A program made the translations under genes and the position numbers. Source: Chloroflexota bacterium (GTDB lineage: Bacteria > Chloroflexota > Dehalococcoidia > DSTF01 > RBG-16-68-14). Taken from it: a stretch of DNA of 41,424 bases. This document shows positions 19,054 through 28,802 of this stretch, piece after piece. The stretch is from contig JACZYW010000001.1 in assembly GCA_022570885.1 (NCBI GenBank), positions 1 through 41,424 of the forward strand, given 5' to 3'. Position 1 is the stretch's first letter. Every line of letters starts with the position of its first letter. The notes under the pieces were generated by a model, which had not been told where the DNA came from, did not search any database, and saw nothing but the letters and a program-made list of their open reading frames with translations.

Positions 19054-19143
19054 AGAGGCTCCCGGCCGTTCGGCCGGGAGCCTCTCTCTTCGCTGCGGTG
19101 CTACTCCGCCTCTACGGCGGCCCGACGAAGACCATGGTGAAGT
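19054..19143. repeat. 90-bp perfect direct repeat, right copy (terminator + authentic 3' end of the CAP gene)
   Basis: Identical to 17961-18050. It overlaps the CDS stop at 19112. Confidence 0.97.
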
Positions 19144-19981
19144 ACTTCATGTTCCCATCGGCGGCGAACCCGACGCCTAGCTGCGTAAACTCGACGTGGA
19201 GGATGTTCGCCCGGTGGCCGGGGCTGTTCATCAGGTCGCGGATGGCCACGGCCACGCTCTCGCTGTCGGGATAGTTGTTCCGCGCCAGGTTCTCCCCGGC
19301 CCAGCCGTAGCCCACGTTGTTCTCGTTCATGAGCGAGAAGGCGGTGTCACCGTGTGGGCTCTCATGCGCGAAGTAGTCTTTCGCTGCCATATCCTCAGAG
19401 CGGAGATTGGCGACGAACACCACGCATGAGTTGAGGCCCAGCGCTGACATCCCGTTGTCAGCCCTCGCGCTGTTGATGGCGTCGAAGAGCGCCTGCGCGA
19501 AGCTTCCCATGGCGGCCGTGGGACAGCTTGGGGGCTGGGGCGTAGGAACAGCCGTCGGCGGCACCGCCGTGGGTGGTACTGCGGTCGGCGCTAGCGCTAG
19601 CGGCACGGCGGTTGGCGCTAGCGGTACTGCGGTTGGCGCTGGCGATACTGCGTTCGGATCTCCCAACGCTGGCGTAGGTGTCAGAAGCGAAAGCGGCGTT
19701 CCTATCGGCGTTGGCGAGGCTGCGCGCGTCGCCGTGGGGATGATAGTGGCCGTAGGATCGTCCGCGATGGTGCTGCTGCCGTCCGCTGGCTCGACCGCTG
19801 TGAGCTCGTCGGCGGCGCTGGAAGCGGGCGCCCCGTCCCAATCCACTGCGAGAAGGAACGTTGCAGAGAAGGCGAAGAGGCTGAGCCCGCCGATGATCAA
19901 CGCCGCTCGTAGCAGCGCGACGCGCGTATTGCCCGTCAGCCAGCGAAGGCGCCCAAAGCGGCGGGGTGGAATGTTGTCCAT
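19112..19981 (-). CDS. membrane-anchored CAP/SCP (PR-1/YkwD-like) domain protein
   Basis: Start at ATG 19981 (SD GGAG); the track ORF opens at 20128. TM ALLRAALIIGGLSLFAFSATFLL. Pro/Thr/Ala linker with PTAVP repeats. C-terminal SCP-like ...DMAAKDYFAHESPHG...GWAGENLA...LMNSPGHRANIL.... Confidence 0.82.
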   Translation of the reverse strand: MDNIPPRRFGRLRWLTGNTRVALLRAALIIGGLSLFAFSATFLLAVDWDGAPASSAADELTAVEPADGSSTIADDPTATIIPTATRAASPTPIGTPLSLLTPTPALGDPNAVSPAPTAVPLAPTAVPLALAPTAVPPTAVPPTAVPTPQPPSCPTAAMGSFAQALFDAINSARADNGMSALGLNSCVVFVANLRSEDMAAKDYFAHESPHGDTAFSLMNENNVGYGWAGENLARNNYPDSESVAVAIRDLMNSPGHRANILHVEFTQLGVGFAADGNMKYFTMVFVGPP

Positions 19982-20119
19982 GTTTGCTCCGATCTCGCGT
20001 AAGCAGCGAATGTGTATGTAGAGGAGTCTCTTAGGGAATATCGGCGTAGTAGGTGAAAACCTTAAGGGAAATGGAGCGAACAGTGGCAACAGATGGCCCG
20101 AAACTTGCCGCGAACCTGC

Positions 20120-20149
20120 TTGACACACCTCGCAGATTCCAGATAGACT
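20120..20149 (+). promoter_or_regulatory. candidate promoter of the rpsL operon
   Basis: TTGACA (20120-20125), 18 nt, TAGACT (20144-20149), about 175 nt upstream of rpsL. Confidence 0.4.
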
Positions 20150-20324
20150 AGTCTGTCACCGCCTGAGAACAGCGTTTTTTCGCTGGGCCGAAGGCGCAGA
20201 ACAGTGATCACCGCCGGCAATGGTGGGTTTGTCTACCTAAGGGAGATGATCCCACGCCGGGTCAGGCTCAGGGTTGCGGCCTTCGGCTCGTGCTGTAGTT
20301 TTCAGGGGAGAATAAGGAGAGCTT

Positions 20325-20756
20325 GTGCCAACTATCAACCAGCTCGTGCGAAAAGGCCGGAAGCGGATCGTGAAGAAGACGAAGGCGCCGGCCCTGCGCT
20401 TCACCTACAATACGCTGAAGAACCGGATGGTGCGGGGGAAAGGGTCTCCCCAGAAGCGCGGCGTGTGCACCCAGGTGCGCACGATGACCCCCAAGAAGCC
20501 CAACTCCGCATTGCGGAAGATCGCCCGTGTGCGGCTCACCAACAGTATCGAGGTGACAGCATACATTCCCGGCGAGGGACACACGCTTCAGGAGCACTCA
20601 GTCGTCCTCATTCGAGGTGGCCGAGTGAAGGACCTGCCCGGCGTTCGCTACCACATCATCCGGGGCGCGTTGGATGCCCAGGGGGTGAGCGGGAGGCAGC
20701 GCGGGCGAAGCAAGTACGGCACCCGTAAGGGTGGTACGCCGGGCGGCGGCGTTTAG
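20325..20756 (+). CDS. rpsL: 30S ribosomal protein S12
   Basis: [12 protein letters not shown]...[10 protein letters not shown]...[11 protein letters not shown] start. Confidence 0.97.
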   Translation: MPTINQLVRKGRKRIVKKTKAPALRFTYNTLKNRMVRGKGSPQKRGVCTQVRTMTPKKPNSALRKIARVRLTNSIEVTAYIPGEGHTLQEHSVVLIRGGRVKDLPGVRYHIIRGALDAQGVSGRQRGRSKYGTRKGGTPGGGV

Positions 20757-20831
20757 GAGAGGCCGCCAGCGCCAAGCACGCATCGGAACGCCCCGGCCAG
20801 CCGGGGCGACCGCTACTTGAAGGACTAAGGT

Positions 20832-21302
20832 ATGTCGCGACGATCCCGCGCGGTACGACGAGAGGTGATACCGGATGCCAAGTATGGCAACCGGCTGCTT
20901 AGCATGTTCATCAACAAGGTGATGCAGCGCGGGAAGAAGAGCATCGCGGAGCGCATCGTCTACCAGGCGCTGGACACGATCGAGGAGCAGCAAAAGCGCG
21001 ACCCGATGGAGGTCTTCGAGCAGGCGGTGCAGAACGCGACGCCGACGATTGAGGTGAAGCCACGGCGAGTCGGCGGCGCTACCTACCAAGTGCCGGTCGA
21101 CATCCGCGCCGAACGTAGACTCGCCCTCGCGCTGCGGTGGCTGCTCGCCTCGGCCCGCGCCCGTCGCGGCCGCTCGATGGCCGAACGGCTGGCCGCCGAG
21201 CTGAGCGACGCCGCCAGCGGGCAGGGCTCAACGGTGAAGAAGAAAGAGGATACCCATCGAATGGCGGAGGCGAACCGAGCCTTCGTCCATTATCGATGGT
21301 AA
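20832..21302 (+). CDS. rpsG: 30S ribosomal protein S7
   Basis: [19 protein letters not shown]...[13 protein letters not shown]. Confidence 0.97.
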   Translation: MSRRSRAVRREVIPDAKYGNRLLSMFINKVMQRGKKSIAERIVYQALDTIEEQQKRDPMEVFEQAVQNATPTIEVKPRRVGGATYQVPVDIRAERRLALALRWLLASARARRGRSMAERLAAELSDAASGQGSTVKKKEDTHRMAEANRAFVHYRW

Positions 21303-21365
21303 GGAGCGGCGGGGCCGTCCTGAAAGACCAGGACGGCCCTCACGTTTCCTCAGCGAGCGAGAGAG

Positions 21366-23456
21366 ATGGCACGAGACTACGCTATTGAGCGAGTACGAAA
21401 CATCGGCATCATTGCCCATATCGACGCCGGAAAGACCACCATCACCGAGCGTGTGCTCTTCTATACCGGTCGCACCTACAAGATCGGCGAGGTGCATGAA
21501 GGTACCGCCGTCATGGACTGGATGGTGCAGGAGCGCGAGCGTGGCATCACCATCACGGCCGCCGCAACTACCTGCGATTGGGCCGACCACCGCATCAACA
21601 TCATCGATACCCCCGGCCATGTCGACTTCACGGTCGAAGTCGAGCGCAGCCTGCGCGTCCTGGATGGAGGCGTCGTCGTCTTCGATGCCGTCCATGGCGT
21701 GGAGCCCCAGTCGGAGACCGTCTGGCGCCAGGCCGACCGCTATCGGGTGCCGCGCATCTGCTTTGTCAATAAGCTCGACCGGGTGGGCGCCGATTACTGG
21801 CGGACGATCGACATGATCGAAGAGCGACTCGATGCTCGGCCCCTCCCGATCCAGATCCCCATCGGCGCAGAGGCCGACCTTGCGGGCATGATCGACCTGG
21901 TCGAGGAACGGGCCTGGTACTTCTCGTCGGACGCGGGCGAAGAACCGGTCGTAAAGGAAGTTCCGGCAGAGCTGGCAGAGGAGACCGCACGGTGCAGAGA
22001 TCGGCTCATTGAGCGGACCGCTGAGGTCGATGACCAGCTCATGATCAGCTACGTGGAGGGCCACGACGTCAGCCCCACCGAGCTGAAGAAGGCCATTCGC
22101 CGCGTAACGCTGGGCTCGCTGGCCACGCCGATCCTGTGCGGCTCCGCGCTGCGCAACAAGGGCGTGCAGCTTCTCCTGGACGCCGTCATCGATTATCTGC
22201 CTTCGCCCGCGGACATACCGCCCGTTGGCGGGAGCCACCCAAAGAGCGGCGACGCGGTGGAGCGCTTCGCTGACGATGACGCGCCCTTCTGCGCGCTGGC
22301 CTTCAAAATTGTGAGCGACCCGTATGTCGGTCGCCTCGCCTATTTCCGCGTCTACTCAGGCCATATCACCGAAGGTGCGACTATCCTGAACAGCGCCAAC
22401 GGTAATAAGGAGCGCATCGGCCGGCTCTTGCGCATGCACGCCAACCATCGCGAGGACATCTCCGATGTCTATGCCGGGGACATCGCCGCCGCCATCGGCC
22501 TCAAAAAGACCTTCACCGGCGATACCCTCTGCGACATCGCTGCCCCGATCGTCCTCGAAACGATTACCTTCCCGGAGCCCGTCATCTCCGTCGCGATCGA
22601 GCCTAAGACGAAAGAAGACCAGGACCGCATGGGAGAGAGCCTCCAGCGTCTCTCGGAGGAAGACCCCACCTTCCGCACCCACTACGACCAGGACACCGGC
22701 CAGATGATCATCTCCGGCATGGGCGAGCTCCACCTAGAGGTCCTCGTCGACCGGATGCTGCGTGAGTTCCGGGTAGAGGCAACCGTGGGCCGGCCGGAGG
22801 TCGCGTTCAAGGAGACGATCACGAGCACCGCCCGCGCCGAGGGCCGCTTCGTGCGCCAGACCGGCGGCCGCGGCCAGTTCGGCGTCGCCGAGATCGAGAT
22901 TTCGCCTCGCGAACGGGGCGCAGGCTCCGAGTTCATCGACAAGACGAAGGGCGGCTCCATCCCGAAGGAGTACATTCCGGCTGTAAAGGCCGGCGTGAAG
23001 CAGGCGCTGGAGACGGGCATCCTGGCCGGCTACCCGGTCATCGATACCTGCGTCACGCTGCTCGATGGCAGTTACCACCCGGTCGACTCATCAGAGCTGG
23101 CCTTTCGCAACGCTGGTATACTCGCAGTGCGTGAGGTGCTGGGGCGGGCCGGCCCGGTCTTGTTGGAGCCGATCATGAAGCTTGAGATCAGCGCGCCGGA
23201 GGACTTCTTCGGCGACGTGCTGGCCGACCTGAACGGACGGCGAGGCCAGGTACAGGGAGTAGAGGCTCGGGGTAAGCTCCAAGTCATCCGCGGCGCATTG
23301 CCTCTGGCCGAGGCCTTCGGCTACGCTACGGACCTGCGCTCTCTCTCTCAGGGGCGCGCAACATATAGCATGGAGTTCAACAGCTACGAGAAAGTGTCGG
23401 CTGAAGTAGCCGACCGTATCACCGGCGGTCGCGTCAAGAAGCCGGCGAGGGCCTAG
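21366..23456 (+). CDS. fusA: elongation factor G
   Basis: [30 protein letters not shown]. 696 aa. Confidence 0.97.
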   Translation: MARDYAIERVRNIGIIAHIDAGKTTITERVLFYTGRTYKIGEVHEGTAVMDWMVQERERGITITAAATTCDWADHRINIIDTPGHVDFTVEVERSLRVLDGGVVVFDAVHGVEPQSETVWRQADRYRVPRICFVNKLDRVGADYWRTIDMIEERLDARPLPIQIPIGAEADLAGMIDLVEERAWYFSSDAGEEPVVKEVPAELAEETARCRDRLIERTAEVDDQLMISYVEGHDVSPTELKKAIRRVTLGSLATPILCGSALRNKGVQLLLDAVIDYLPSPADIPPVGGSHPKSGDAVERFADDDAPFCALAFKIVSDPYVGRLAYFRVYSGHITEGATILNSANGNKERIGRLLRMHANHREDISDVYAGDIAAAIGLKKTFTGDTLCDIAAPIVLETITFPEPVISVAIEPKTKEDQDRMGESLQRLSEEDPTFRTHYDQDTGQMIISGMGELHLEVLVDRMLREFRVEATVGRPEVAFKETITSTARAEGRFVRQTGGRGQFGVAEIEISPRERGAGSEFIDKTKGGSIPKEYIPAVKAGVKQALETGILAGYPVIDTCVTLLDGSYHPVDSSELAFRNAGILAVREVLGRAGPVLLEPIMKLEISAPEDFFGDVLADLNGRRGQVQGVEARGKLQVIRGALPLAEAFGYATDLRSLSQGRATYSMEFNSYEKVSAEVADRITGGRVKKPARA

Positions 23457-23458
23457 CG

Positions 23459-23767
23459 ATGCCACAGCAAAGAATCCGGATCCGCCTCAAGGCGTACGAC
23501 CACCGCCTCATCGATCAGTCCGCTGAGCAGATCGTGGAAGCGGCGGAGCGGACGGGCGCGGTTGTCGCCGGGCCGATCCCGCTCCCAACGCACATCAAGA
23601 AACTCACCGTCATTCGCTCGCCCTTCGTCCATAAGGACGGCCGGGAGCAGTTCGAGATTCGCACACACAACCGGCTGATCGACATCCTCAGCCCCACCTC
23701 GAAGACGGTCGATACGCTGATGCGGCTCCAACTGCCCTCCGGCGTGGACATCGAGGTCAAGCTGTGA
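23459..23767 (+). CDS. rpsJ: 30S ribosomal protein S10
   Basis: [18 protein letters not shown]... 102 aa. Starts 2 nt after the fusA stop. Confidence 0.97.
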   Translation: MPQQRIRIRLKAYDHRLIDQSAEQIVEAAERTGAVVAGPIPLPTHIKKLTVIRSPFVHKDGREQFEIRTHNRLIDILSPTSKTVDTLMRLQLPSGVDIEVKL

Positions 23768-24567
23768 TCCAGGGATTGCTCGGCCGCAAGCTCGGCATGC
23801 TCCAAACCTTCGACAAGGAGGGCCGGCTTCGCGGCGCCACCGTCATCGAGGCTGGGCCGTGCCTGGTCACCCAGATCAAGACCGATGAGACCGACGGCTA
23901 CGCCGCCGTGCAGCTCGGTTTCGGTATCGCCAAGCACACCAACAAGCCCAAGCGCGGCCACCTGAAGCGTCTGGGCGACCTGCGCTACCTGCGCGAGTTC
24001 AAGGCAGACGATTCCAGCCAGCACAAGGTGGGCGATCGCATCGGAGTGGAGATCTTCCAAGAAGGCGATCGCGTGGACGTTACCGGCACCAGCATCGGCA
24101 GGGGCTTCGCAGGCGGAGTCAAGCGCCACGGCTTCCACGGCGGACCCAAGACCCACGGTCAGTCGGATCGCCACCGCGCGCCCGGCTCCATCGGCGCGGG
24201 CGGCCCAGGCCGCGTGTTCAAAGGGATGAAGATGGCCGGCCACATGGGAGCGGAGCGCGTCACCGTCCGCAACCTGGAGGTGCTCCAGAGTGATCCCGCT
24301 CGGGGCCTGCTCCTGGTGGCGGGGGCGGTGCCCGGCGCCCGCCACGGCCTCCTTAAGATCCGCTACACCACGCAGACGCTGGAGATAGCTCGCAACCGCA
24401 AGGTGGAGCCGCCCGAGGAAGAAGCGCCGAAGGCTGCGACCGAAGAGGCGACGCCGGAGGCCGCGACCGAGGAAGCAGCGCCGAAGACTACGACCGAAGA
24501 GAAGACGCCGGAGGCCACCGCTAACGAGAGCGAGGCCGAGACGGCTGCGGACGAAGAGAAATCGTGA
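23764..24567 (+). CDS. rplC: 50S ribosomal protein L3 with an acidic C-terminal tail
   Basis: [12 protein letters not shown]...GHMG.ERVTV.NLEV. About 210-aa core plus about 55 aa of E/A/T/P-rich tail. Confidence 0.96.
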   Translation: MIQGLLGRKLGMLQTFDKEGRLRGATVIEAGPCLVTQIKTDETDGYAAVQLGFGIAKHTNKPKRGHLKRLGDLRYLREFKADDSSQHKVGDRIGVEIFQEGDRVDVTGTSIGRGFAGGVKRHGFHGGPKTHGQSDRHRAPGSIGAGGPGRVFKGMKMAGHMGAERVTVRNLEVLQSDPARGLLLVAGAVPGARHGLLKIRYTTQTLEIARNRKVEPPEEEAPKAATEEATPEAATEEAAPKTTTEEKTPEATANESEAETAADEEKS

Positions 24568-25241
24568 TGAAGCTGGACGTGCGCGATCGCGCAGGCAAGA
24601 AAGTGAAGTCCATCGAGGTCGACGAGCAGGTATTCGGGCTCAAGCCCTACCGTTCCCTGGTGCACCAGGCCATGGTCGCTCAGCGGGCGAACCTGCACCG
24701 TGGCACGCACAAGACCAAGAGCCGGGGCGAGGTACGCGGCAGCACGGCGAAGCTCTATCGACAGAAGGGCACCGGCCGCGCCAGGGCGGGCTCCGCCCGT
24801 TCGGGCATTCGTCGCGGCGGCGGGGTGATCTTTGGCCCGCGGCCTCGCAGCTATCGGCAGGACCTGCCGAAACGCATGCGCCGCCTCGCCCTCCGCTCCG
24901 TCCTCTCCGCGAAGGCCGCGAACGGCAGCCTGCAGGTGCTCGACGAGCTGACGATGAAGTCGCCGCGCACGAAGGAGATGCTGGGCGTGCTCCAGAAGCT
25001 CGGCTTCGACCGATCGACCCTGGTGGTCACGGCCCAGCCTGAGCCGATCGTTAAGCTGAGCGTCCACAACCTGCCGAAGGTGAAGTGGATGCCGGCCGAC
25101 TACCTCAACGTGCTCGATCTCCTAAACCATCGAGGGCTGCTGATGACGGAAGATGCGGTTCGCAGGGCGGAAGCGCTCTGGGGCGGCGAACGGGCGAACA
25201 AGCGCCGCGCTCCGCTACCCGAGGCGGTGTCCAATGCCTAA
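24564..25241 (+). CDS. rplD: 50S ribosomal protein L4
   Basis: ...[13 protein letters not shown]...[13 protein letters not shown]... Confidence 0.96.
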   Translation: MMKLDVRDRAGKKVKSIEVDEQVFGLKPYRSLVHQAMVAQRANLHRGTHKTKSRGEVRGSTAKLYRQKGTGRARAGSARSGIRRGGGVIFGPRPRSYRQDLPKRMRRLALRSVLSAKAANGSLQVLDELTMKSPRTKEMLGVLQKLGFDRSTLVVTAQPEPIVKLSVHNLPKVKWMPADYLNVLDLLNHRGLLMTEDAVRRAEALWGGERANKRRAPLPEAVSNA

Positions 25242-25530
25242 GGCTCTCCACCCGTACCAGGTCATCGTCCGGCCGCTCATCACGGAGAAGGCGACGATTC
25301 TGGCCGGCGAGAACAAGTACGTGTTCGAGGTGGTCCAGCGGGCGAACAAGCGGCAGATCCGCGGGGCCGTCGAACTCGCCTTCAACGTGCACGTGACCAA
25401 GGTCAACACGATGAACATGCGTGGCAAAAAACGCCGCGTCGGCAGCAAGATCGCGCGCACCCCGGATTGGAAGAAGGCGATCGTCACCCTGGTCGAAGGC
25501 GACAAGATTCAGCTCTTCGAGGGCGTGTAG
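25234..25530 (+). CDS. rplW: 50S ribosomal protein L23
   Basis: Internal ATG 25234 overlaps the rplD stop by 8 nt. [13 protein letters not shown]...WKKAIVTL. Confidence 0.95.
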   Translation: MPKALHPYQVIVRPLITEKATILAGENKYVFEVVQRANKRQIRGAVELAFNVHVTKVNTMNMRGKKRRVGSKIARTPDWKKAIVTLVEGDKIQLFEGV

Positions 25531-25552
25531 GCGGGAGAGGAGACGAGCAGTA

Positions 25553-26380
25553 ATGCCAATAAAACAATTCAAGCCTACGTCTCCCGGCCGTCGCGGCATG
25601 ACCGGTTTCACCTTCGAGGAGATCACCAAGAAGAAGCCGGAACGCAGCCTTACCAAACCGCTGCGGAGGCAGGCGGGCCGGAACCAGCAGGGACGCATCA
25701 CCGTCCGGCACCGGGGTGGCGGCGCCAAGCGACGCCTGCGCGTGATCGATTTCAAGCGCGATAAGTTCGGCGTGCCCGGCAAAGTCGCCGCTATCGAGTA
25801 CGATCCGAACCGCACGGCCCGCATCGCCCTCATCCACTATCGTGACGGCGAGAAGCGCTACATCCTGGCGCCTGTCGGCCTGCAGCCGGGCGATATTATT
25901 CATGCCGGCCCTGATGCGGAACCGAAGGTCGGGAACGCTCTGCCGCTGGCCAACATCCCCACCGGCACCCAGATCCACAATATCGAGCTGCGGCCGGGCC
26001 GCGGTGGCCAGATGGCGCGCGGCGCTGGCACCTCTGCCCAACTGATGGCGCGGGAGGGCGAAACGAGCTTGCTTCGCCTGCCCTCCGGCGAGATGCGGCG
26101 GGTACCTTCCGCCTGCCTCGCTACCATCGGGCAGATGGGGAACGTAGAGAATAGCCTGATCAAGCTGGGGAAGGCCGGACGCTCCCGATGGAAAGGCCGC
26201 CGTCCATCCGTACGCGGCTCGGCGATGACGCCTCGCGATCACCCTCACGGTGGTGGCGAGGGCAAGTCGCCCATCGGCATGCCCGGCCCGAAGACGCCCT
26301 GGGGCAAGCCGGCCTTGGGCCTCCGTACTCGAGGGAAGAAGCCCTCGGATAAAGACATCGTGCGCCGCCGGTACCAGTAG
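25553..26380 (+). CDS. rplB: 50S ribosomal protein L2
   Basis: Start at ATG 25553. [16 protein letters not shown]...HPHGGGEGK.... Confidence 0.97.
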   Translation: MPIKQFKPTSPGRRGMTGFTFEEITKKKPERSLTKPLRRQAGRNQQGRITVRHRGGGAKRRLRVIDFKRDKFGVPGKVAAIEYDPNRTARIALIHYRDGEKRYILAPVGLQPGDIIHAGPDAEPKVGNALPLANIPTGTQIHNIELRPGRGGQMARGAGTSAQLMAREGETSLLRLPSGEMRRVPSACLATIGQMGNVENSLIKLGKAGRSRWKGRRPSVRGSAMTPRDHPHGGGEGKSPIGMPGPKTPWGKPALGLRTRGKKPSDKDIVRRRYQ

Positions 26381-26402
26381 CGGGCTTGTGAGGAGATAGA
26401 CT

Positions 26403-26693
26403 GTGTCACGTTCGACGAAGAAGGGACCGTTCGTAGAGGCGAAGCTGATGAAGCGGGTGGAAGCGGTGCGTCGCTCCGGCGAGCGGACGGCCATCCGCAC
26501 CTGGTCGCGCTCCAGCACGATCATGCCGGAGATGGTGGGGCTCACCATCGCTGTGCACGATGGACGCCGGCACGTCCCCATCTTCATCACGGAGAACATG
26601 GTGGGCCATAAGCTGGGCGAATTCGCCCTCACCCGCCAGTTCCGCGGCCACACCGGCCGGACAGAGCGTACGACCACGATCCGCAGGACGTAG
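26403..26693 (+). CDS. rpsS: 30S ribosomal protein S19
   Basis: [10 protein letters not shown]...[23 protein letters not shown]. Confidence 0.97.
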   Translation: MSRSTKKGPFVEAKLMKRVEAVRRSGERTAIRTWSRSSTIMPEMVGLTIAVHDGRRHVPIFITENMVGHKLGEFALTRQFRGHTGRTERTTTIRRT

Positions 26694-26732
26694 AACCGGC
26701 GAGGAACGGGGAACGAGAAGCGCCAGGAGATC

Positions 26733-26764
26733 GTAGGGACAAACCTTCAGGTCTGTCCGGAAGC
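26733..26764 (-). repeat. third copy of the GCTTCCGGACAGACCTGAAGGnnTGTCCCTAC palindromic element, inside the rpsS-rplV spacer
   Basis: The reverse complement GCTTCCGGACAGACCTGAAGGTTTGTCCCTAC differs by 1 nt from 11782-11813. Similarity extends into the flanking CC(A/T)GGCTTC. Confidence 0.88.
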
Positions 26765-26808
26765 ACAAGCAGAAGCCAGGGATAAGGAACGAGAAGCAGG
26801 GAAGACAA

Positions 26809-27147
26809 GTGGAAGTAAGCGCAACGAGCCGATTCGCCAGCGTGTCGCCTAGCAAGGTGCGGCTGGTGCTTGCCCACCTGCCGGGCCGCTCGATACAAGA
26901 GGCGCTGAACCTGCTGCAGTTCATGCCCACGCCGCACGCCCGGCTGGTGGCCAAGATCGTGAAATCGGCCGCCGCCAATGCGGAGAATAACTATTCCCTG
27001 GATCAGGACACCCTCTACGTCAAACGCGCCGTCGCGAACGATGCCCGCCGCCTGAAGCGCTTTCGACCAGCTGCTCGCGGCCGCGTGCATCCCTACCAGC
27101 GGCGCTCCAGCCATATCACCATCGTCGTAGACGAGCGAGGGAGCTAA
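26809..27147 (+). CDS. rplV: 50S ribosomal protein L22
   Basis: [20 protein letters not shown]...SHITIVV. GTG start. Confidence 0.95.
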   Translation: MEVSATSRFASVSPSKVRLVLAHLPGRSIQEALNLLQFMPTPHARLVAKIVKSAAANAENNYSLDQDTLYVKRAVANDARRLKRFRPAARGRVHPYQRRSSHITIVVDERGS

Positions 27148-27148
27148 C

Positions 27149-28132
27149 ATGGGTCAGAAAGTACATCCAACCGGGTTCCGCCTCGGCGTCATCTTCGATT
27201 GGCAGAGCAAGTGGTTTGCCGAACGGAACTACCGGGAGTTTCTCCACGAAGATTTGAGCATCCGCCGCTATATCAGCAAGGCGCTGAAGGACGCCAGCGT
27301 CGCCAAGGTGGAGCTCGACCGAAACGCCAATCAGGTCACCGTGACGATCCATACCGCGAAGCCCGGCATCGTCATCGGCCGTGGCGGTCAGAAGGTCGAC
27401 GAGCTGCGCACCCAGCTGGAGTCGCTCACGAAAAAACGCATTCGAGTGAACATCAATGAGGTGCGCATGCCGGAACTCGATGCGCAACTGGTCGCCCGTA
27501 ACATCGCCGACCAGCTCGAGCGGCGCGTCGCCTTTCGGCGAGCGCTCAAGCAGACCGTGAGCCGGACAATGGCTCGCGGCGCCGAAGGCTGCAAGGCAAT
27601 GGTCGCCGGTCGCCTGGGCGGCTCGGAGATGTCGCGCAGAGAGAGCACCATGGAGGGGAGAGTGCCCCTCCACACCATCCGCGCCAACATCGACTATGGC
27701 CAGGCCGAAGCGGCTACGACGTTCGGTCGCATCGGCGTCAAAGTCTGGATTTACAAGGGCGAGATGCTGCCTGAGAAGGCAGAGAAGGCCCCAGCAGAGG
27801 CGAAGGCGCCCGAAGCGAAGCCTGCTGCCAAGGCGCCCGTGGCGACGGAAACTTCGCCCAGCGCCGACGCACCGGCCGCACCCGAGGTGAAGCCTGCTGC
27901 CGAGGCGACGGTCGTGCCCGAAGCGAAGCCTGCTGCCGCCGCGCCGGCCGCGCCCGAGGCGAAGCCTGCTGCCGCCGCGCCGGTCGCACCCGAGGCGAAG
28001 CCTGCTGCCGAGGCGGCGGTCGCACCCGAGGCGAAGCCTGCTGCCAAGAAGAAAGACACGCCGCCCAGCGCAGACGAAACCAAGGCCGGTGATGCTGAGA
28101 AGCAAGCACCGGAGAGCGAGAAGCAAGGATAA
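27149..28132 (+). CDS. rpsC: 30S ribosomal protein S3 with a roughly 110-aa PEAKPAA-repeat tail
   Basis: [13 protein letters not shown]...KH domain...[10 protein letters not shown] core, followed by a low-complexity tail. Confidence 0.96.
   Translation: MGQKVHPTGFRLGVIFDWQSKWFAERNYREFLHEDLSIRRYISKALKDASVAKVELDRNANQVTVTIHTAKPGIVIGRGGQKVDELRTQLESLTKKRIRVNINEVRMPELDAQLVARNIADQLERRVAFRRALKQTVSRTMARGAEGCKAMVAGRLGGSEMSRRESTMEGRVPLHTIRANIDYGQAEAATTFGRIGVKVWIYKGEMLPEKAEKAPAEAKAPEAKPAAKAPVATETSPSADAPAAPEVKPAAEATVVPEAKPAAAAPAAPEAKPAAAAPVAPEAKPAAEAAVAPEAKPAAKKKDTPPSADETKAGDAEKQAPESEKQG
27881..28051 (+). repeat. 36-bp in-frame tandem repeat (about 4.7 copies) in the rpsC tail
   Basis: Units start at 27881, 27917, 27953, 27989 and 28025 (CCCGAGGCGAAGCCTGCTGCC...). 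Confidence 0.9.
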
Positions 28133-28138
28133 GCGGGC

Positions 28139-28558
28139 ATGTTAGCACCGAAGCGTGTTAAGTGGCGCAAGACGCATCGCGGCAGGCGCCGAGGCAAGGC
28201 CATGGCCGGGAACCAGGTGACCTTCGGCGAGTTTGGCCTTCAGGCAACGACCAACGCGTGGGTGACCGCTCGCCAGATAGAGGCCGCTCGTCGCGCCATC
28301 ACGCACGAGATTCGACGAGGCGGCAAGGTGTGGATTCGCATCTTCCCGGATAAGCCGGTGACAAAGAAGGCCGCCGAGACCCGCATGGGGAGCGGTAAAG
28401 GCGTGCCGGAGTTCTGGGTGGCCGTGGTGAGACGCGGTCGCATGCTCTTCGAGATCGCCGGCGTGGCTGAAGAGCCGGCGCGAGAGGCGATGCGGCTGGC
28501 CGCGCACAAGCTGCCCGTCCAGACCCGATTCGTCGTCCGCGAGCACGAGGTGTTCTAG
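28139..28558 (+). CDS. rplP: 50S ribosomal protein L16
   Basis: [17 protein letters not shown]. Confidence 0.97.
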   Translation: MLAPKRVKWRKTHRGRRRGKAMAGNQVTFGEFGLQATTNAWVTARQIEAARRAITHEIRRGGKVWIRIFPDKPVTKKAAETRMGSGKGVPEFWVAVVRRGRMLFEIAGVAEEPAREAMRLAAHKLPVQTRFVVREHEVF

Positions 28559-28560
28559 CG

Positions 28561-28800
28561 ATGGTCAGAACAAGGAAACTTGCAGAAGAGCTACGCGAGC
28601 TCTCCGACGAGGACCTGGCGAAAGAGTTGGAGGAGACCTATCGAGAGCAATTCACCGTTCGCCTGCAGCTCGCTACGCGTCAGCAGGCGAACACGTCCGT
28701 GCCTAAGCGAGTGCGAAGGCGGATCGCCCGGATCAAGACGCTCCAGCGTGAGCGTGAGGTAGCCGCCGTCGCCCAGGCGGCAACGGAAGCGGAGTCGTAA
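28561..28800 (+). CDS. rpmC: 50S ribosomal protein L29
   Basis: ...LRELSDEDLAKELEETYREQFTVRLQLATRQ. Confidence 0.93.
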   Translation: MVRTRKLAEELRELSDEDLAKELEETYREQFTVRLQLATRQQANTSVPKRVRRRIARIKTLQREREVAAVAQAATEAES

Positions 28801-28802
28801 CC

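Larger units (their letters stand above)
17961..19143. mobile_element. candidate integrated islet: about 1.0 kb of lower-GC DNA bounded by 90-bp direct repeats
   Basis: The interior (18051-19053) is visibly less GC-rich than its flanks. It holds one membrane-protein gene and about 270 bp of non-coding DNA. No integrase or transposase is present. Confidence 0.4.

Noticed and set aside
17961-19143. IS element or transposon interpretation of the 90-bp repeats.
   Set aside because: The repeats are direct, not inverted, and are far longer than typical target-site duplications. No transposase is present. They are reported instead as an att-like or duplication-bounded islet.
21314-21337. Hairpin GCCGTCCTG-AAAGAC-CAGGACGGC between rpsG and fusA, considered as a terminator.
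   Set aside because: It has no U-tract and sits inside an obligately co-transcribed operon. It is probably a minor structural or processing element, and I cannot support a specific function.
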